From Microthrixaceae bacterium (GTDB lineage Bacteria > Actinomycetota > Acidimicrobiia > Acidimicrobiales > VFJN01): a DNA stretch of 64,000 bases. Position numbers and translations under genes: made by a program. Location of the stretch: the NCBI GenBank assembly GCA_052390255.1, contig JBQTHC010000007.1, positions 2,745-66,744 on the forward strand. The letters run 5' to 3'. Shown piece by piece: positions 59,055-64,000 of this stretch (within the stretch, counting starts at the first letter, position 1; every line of letters begins with the position of its first letter). The notes under the pieces were generated by a model. That model made no database searches and was not told the origin of the DNA. It saw only the letters and a program-made list of their open reading frames with translations.

Positions 59055-60443
59055 ATGAGATCCACCGTCGAACCCCTCGAGGGCAACAAGGTCAAGCTGT
59101 GCGTCGAGGTCGACGCCGGTGAGTTCGAGGAGGCCGTGAACGCGGCCTTCAAGAAGATCGCCAAGGAGGTCCGGATCCCGGGCTTCCGGCCCGGCAAGGC
59201 CCCCCGCAAGATCCTCGAGACCCGATTCGGTCCGATGATCGGTCGTGAGCAGGCGCTCCAGGACTCCCTGCCCGAGTACTACTCGGCGGCCGTCATCGAG
59301 CACGACGTCGACGTGATCGCACCGCCCGAGATCGACATCACCGGCGGCCAGGAGGCGGGCGACGTCGCCTTCGACGCGGTGGTCGAGGTACGGCCCACGA
59401 TCGAGGTGCCCGGCTACGGCTCGCTCACCGTCACGCTCGAGCGTCCCAGCGTCGACGAGGACGCGCTCGACGCACAGATCGACCGGATGCGAGGCCTCGA
59501 CAGCACGCTCGTGGAGGTCCACCGCCCGGCCCAGGAAGGCGACACCGTCACCATCGACGTCGCCGGCACGCTCGACGGTGAGCCCCAGGCCGGCCTCACC
59601 GCCGACGACTACAGCTACACGGTCGGATCGGGCGTCATCACCCCGGAGGTCGACGAGCACCTCGTGGGGGCGAAGGCGGGCGACACCCTGAGCTTTGACG
59701 CCACCCACCCGGATCCCGACGAGACCGGTCAGCTCCACTTCGAGATCGTCGTGCAGGACGTGAAGGAGAAGGTCCTGCCCGAGGCCACCGACGAATGGGC
59801 CGCGGAGGCGTCGGAGTTCGAGACCCTCGGCGAGCTGCGCGCCAGCCTCGCTGAGCGCATGATCCGCGTCCGCAAGGTGCAGGCCCAGATGGCGCTGCGC
59901 GAGAAGGTCGGCGAGGCGCTCGCCGCCCTCGTCACGCAAGACCTCCCCGATGCCCTCATCAGCCACGAGATGCAGGACCGTCTGCAGGACCTGGCGCTGC
60001 GGCTCCAGGCGCAGGGGATGCAGCTCGAGCAGTACCTCGCCATGACCGGCGCCGACCCCGAGACCTTCAGCACCGAGCTGCGCGAAACCGCCACCTCGGG
60101 TGTCAAGGTCGACCTCGCGCTGCGGGCAGTCGCCGACGCGGAGGGCATCGACTGCACCGACGACGAGCTCGACGACGAGATCCAGAGCGTGGCCGCCCGC
60201 GTCGACCAGACGCCGGAGGAGGTCCGGGCCCGGTTCGAGCGCGTCGGCCAACTGTCGGCGGTACGATCCGACATCAGGAAGCGCAAGGCGCTCGAGTGGC
60301 TCTTGGAGCGGGCCGAGGTGCTCGACCCCGAGGGTGCGGTGATCGACCGCAGCGAGCTCGAGCTCCCGGTGGAGAGTGACGACACGGACGACGCCGAGGA
60401 CACCGCGACCGAGGTCGCCGACGAAACGGAAGACGACGAGTGA
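59055..60443 (+). CDS. tig: Trigger factor
   Basis: [10 protein letters not shown] ribosome-binding motif; FKBP-like middle domain; position before clpP-clpX. Confidence 0.95.
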   Translation: MRSTVEPLEGNKVKLCVEVDAGEFEEAVNAAFKKIAKEVRIPGFRPGKAPRKILETRFGPMIGREQALQDSLPEYYSAAVIEHDVDVIAPPEIDITGGQEAGDVAFDAVVEVRPTIEVPGYGSLTVTLERPSVDEDALDAQIDRMRGLDSTLVEVHRPAQEGDTVTIDVAGTLDGEPQAGLTADDYSYTVGSGVITPEVDEHLVGAKAGDTLSFDATHPDPDETGQLHFEIVVQDVKEKVLPEATDEWAAEASEFETLGELRASLAERMIRVRKVQAQMALREKVGEALAALVTQDLPDALISHEMQDRLQDLALRLQAQGMQLEQYLAMTGADPETFSTELRETATSGVKVDLALRAVADAEGIDCTDDELDDEIQSVAARVDQTPEEVRARFERVGQLSAVRSDIRKRKALEWLLERAEVLDPEGAVIDRSELELPVESDDTDDAEDTATEVADETEDDE

Positions 60444-61099
60444 TGGATGTGATCGGCCAGCACGAGCACGTGGTCCGCAACTACCTGGTGCCGACCGTCG
60501 TCGAGTCCACGAACCGAGGTGAGCGTGCGTACGACCTGTACTCGCGCCTGCTCAAGGAGCACATCATCTTCTTGGGCACCCCGATCGACGACACGATCGC
60601 CAACCTCATCTGCGCGCAGCTCCTCCACCTCGAGTCGGAGAACGCGGATCGCGACATCAACATCTACATCAACAGCCCCGGCGGCGACATCACGGCGCTG
60701 TTCGCGATCTACGACACGATGAGCTTCGTGAAGCCCGACATCTCGACGATCTGCTTCGGGCAAGCTGCGTCGGCCGCCGCGGTCCTCCTCGCCGCTGGCA
60801 CCAAGGGCAAGCGCCTCGCGCTGCCGCACGCTCGCGTGCTGCTGCACCAGCCGTGGGGCCAGGCAGGCGGCCAGGCCACCGACGTCGAGCTCGCGGCCCG
60901 TGAGATCCTGCGCATGCGGGTCCAGCTCGACGATCTCCTCGCCCACCACACGGGACAGGAAGCCGACAAGATCCACACGGACACAGAGCGCGACTTCGTG
61001 ATGTCCGCGGAAGAAGCGCGCGAATACGGCATCATCGACGAGGTCATCACGGCCCGCACGCTGGCCGACAAGAGCGGCCCGATCACGCGAGCAAGCTGA
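60443..61099 (+). CDS. clpP: ATP-dependent Clp protease proteolytic subunit (ClpP2-type)
   Basis: [43 protein letters not shown]. Confidence 0.95.
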   Translation: MDVIGQHEHVVRNYLVPTVVESTNRGERAYDLYSRLLKEHIIFLGTPIDDTIANLICAQLLHLESENADRDINIYINSPGGDITALFAIYDTMSFVKPDISTICFGQAASAAAVLLAAGTKGKRLALPHARVLLHQPWGQAGGQATDVELAAREILRMRVQLDDLLAHHTGQEADKIHTDTERDFVMSAEEAREYGIIDEVITARTLADKSGPITRAS

Positions 61100-61132
61100 C
61101 CGGCACGACGAAGGGATTCGGGGGACGACGAC

Positions 61133-62403
<1,271 letters not shown>

Positions 62404-62407
<4 letters not shown>

Positions 62408-63693
62408 ACCTGGCGGAGTCGCTGGCCTGGCTGGGCCAGCACATCAACCTCGAGACGAGCACCGCCGTGGCCGGCAAGGTCGTGGGCCTCAAGCTCGACA
62501 ACATGCGCGAGCTGTGCGGAGTGCTCGGCGACCCGCAGCGCCACCAGCCGACGATCCACGTCACCGGGACCAACGGCAAGGGGTCGGTGGCACGGATCGT
62601 CACGGCGCTCATCGGCGCGCACGACCTGTCCGTGGGCACCTACACGAGCCCGCACCTCGAGACCATCAACGAGCGCCTGTCGCGCAACGGCGAGTCGATC
62701 ACCGACGCGGCGCTCGCGGCGCTGCTCACCGACCTCGCCGCGATCGAGACGCTGCTGACGCACACGCCGTCGTACTTCGAGCTGCTCACCGCCGCCGCGT
62801 TCCGCTGGTTCTCCGACGAGGCCGTCGCGGCGGCTGTGGTCGAGGTGGGCCTGCTCGGGCGCTGGGACGCCACCAACGTGGTCGACGGCGTCGTCGCGGT
62901 GCTCACCAACGTCGGTCACGACCACACCGATGGGCTCGGCGACTGGCGGGCGCGCATCGCCCAGGAGAAGGCAGGGATCGTCAAGGAGGGGGCAACCTTC
63001 GTGCTCGGCGAGCGCGATCCCGCGCTCGAGCCGATCTTCCAGGCCACGCCGGCCGAGGCGATCTGGCGGCGCGACGAAGACTTCGGGTTCTCCACCAACC
63101 GTCTCGCCGTCGGTGGCCGCGTGCTCGACCTGCGTACGCCGGGCGCGGCGTACGACGACGTGATGCTTCCGCTGCACGGGGAGCACCAGGGTGACAACGC
63201 CGCGATCGCGCTTGCTGCCGCGGAGGCGTTCTTCGGCCGTCCGCTGGAGGACGCGCTCGTTCGTGAGGCGTTCGCCGCGGTGCGCAACCCTGGTCGCTTC
63301 GAGATCGTGCAGCGGGATCCGCTGCTGATCCTCGACGGCGCACACAACCCCGAAGGTGCACGCGCGCTCGCGCACACGCTCGATGAGGGGTTCTCCGTGC
63401 GCGGCGATCGGCGGCTGGTCGTGGGCATGCTCGACGGTCGCGATCCGGCCGAGGTGCTCGCCGCGCTCGGCGCCGCTGACGCGGCCGAGGTCGTGTGCTG
63501 CACGCCCGACTCGCCGCGCGCGCTCCCGGCCGAGGTGCTCGCCGCGCACGTTCGTGCCGCAGGCGGCGTCGCGCGCGTCGTGGCCGAGGTCCGCGCCGCG
63601 GTCCACGCCGCGCTCGACGCCTCGTCGCCCGACGACGCGGTGGTGGTGACGGGCAGCCTCTACACGGTCGGCGCGGCGCGAAGCAGTCGATAG
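62404..63693 (+). CDS. folC: Folylpolyglutamate/dihydrofolate synthase (start probably CTG 62404; first canonical GTG 62467)
   Basis: [38 protein letters not shown]. Confidence 0.93.
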
Positions 63694-63703
63694 CCTGCCG
63701 GCC

Positions 63704-64000
63704 ATGAACCGGACCTTTGTGATGTGCAAGCCCGACGCCGTGGAGCGAGGCCTCGTCGGTGAGATCGTCGGCCGACTGGAGCGCAAGGGCTTCACGCTCG
63801 TCGCCGCCGAGATGCGCACGGTCGACAAGGCGCTCGCCGAGGAGCACTACGCCGAGCTCGCCGACCAACCCTTCTACGGCGAGCTGGTGGCCTTCATCAC
63901 GCGGGCGCCCGTGCTGGCGATGATCGTGGAGGGCCCGGCCGACAACACGTTCTCGCTCATCCGCAAGGTCGTCGGTGCCACCAAGGTCGACGACGCCGAG
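63704..64000 (+). CDS. ndk: Nucleoside-diphosphate kinase (partial)
   Basis: MNRTFVMCKPDAVERGLVGEI...EHY...PFY. Confidence 0.93.
   Translation, partial: MNRTFVMCKPDAVERGLVGEIVGRLERKGFTLVAAEMRTVDKALAEEHYAELADQPFYGELVAFITRAPVLAMIVEGPADNTFSLIRKVVGATKVDDAE

Overview
High-GC actinobacterial chromosomal window; gene style and content suggest class Acidimicrobiia (inference). The core blocks are: ftsH (partial); DUF3499 with an inserted CPBP / GT-C / GtrA-GT2 module, then manB-Trm112-PGI/PMI-ahcY; comF-hpf-RR-secA-prfB-ftsEX; ssrA-smpB; mec-cysM-murI-rph-rdgB-tRNA-Leu; and a five-tRNA cluster followed by tig-clpP-clpX-folC-ndk. Accessory stretches lie at about 10.9-15.6 kb (surface proteins, a frameshifted RCC1/FN3 lipoprotein, an ECF sigma pair), 23.4-37.9 kb (between ftsX and the tmRNA 3' end) and 48.8-58.9 kb (SigK/RskA-like pair, two-component system, metal-response genes). 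No integrase, transposase or CRISPR array was seen. The most notable observations are an EAL-PAS-PAS-histidine kinase fusion coupled to a NarL regulator, a circularly permuted alkaline-phosphatase-superfamily enzyme, a structured ahcY leader matching no riboswitch I recognise, a probable lipid-linked mannosylation module, an adenylate cyclase-YHS fusion among metal genes, a short-arm tRNA-Leu(TAG), a tRNA-His with two stem mismatches, a probable CUG start for folC and a detached clpP1. All calls come from motif reading; no searches were run.
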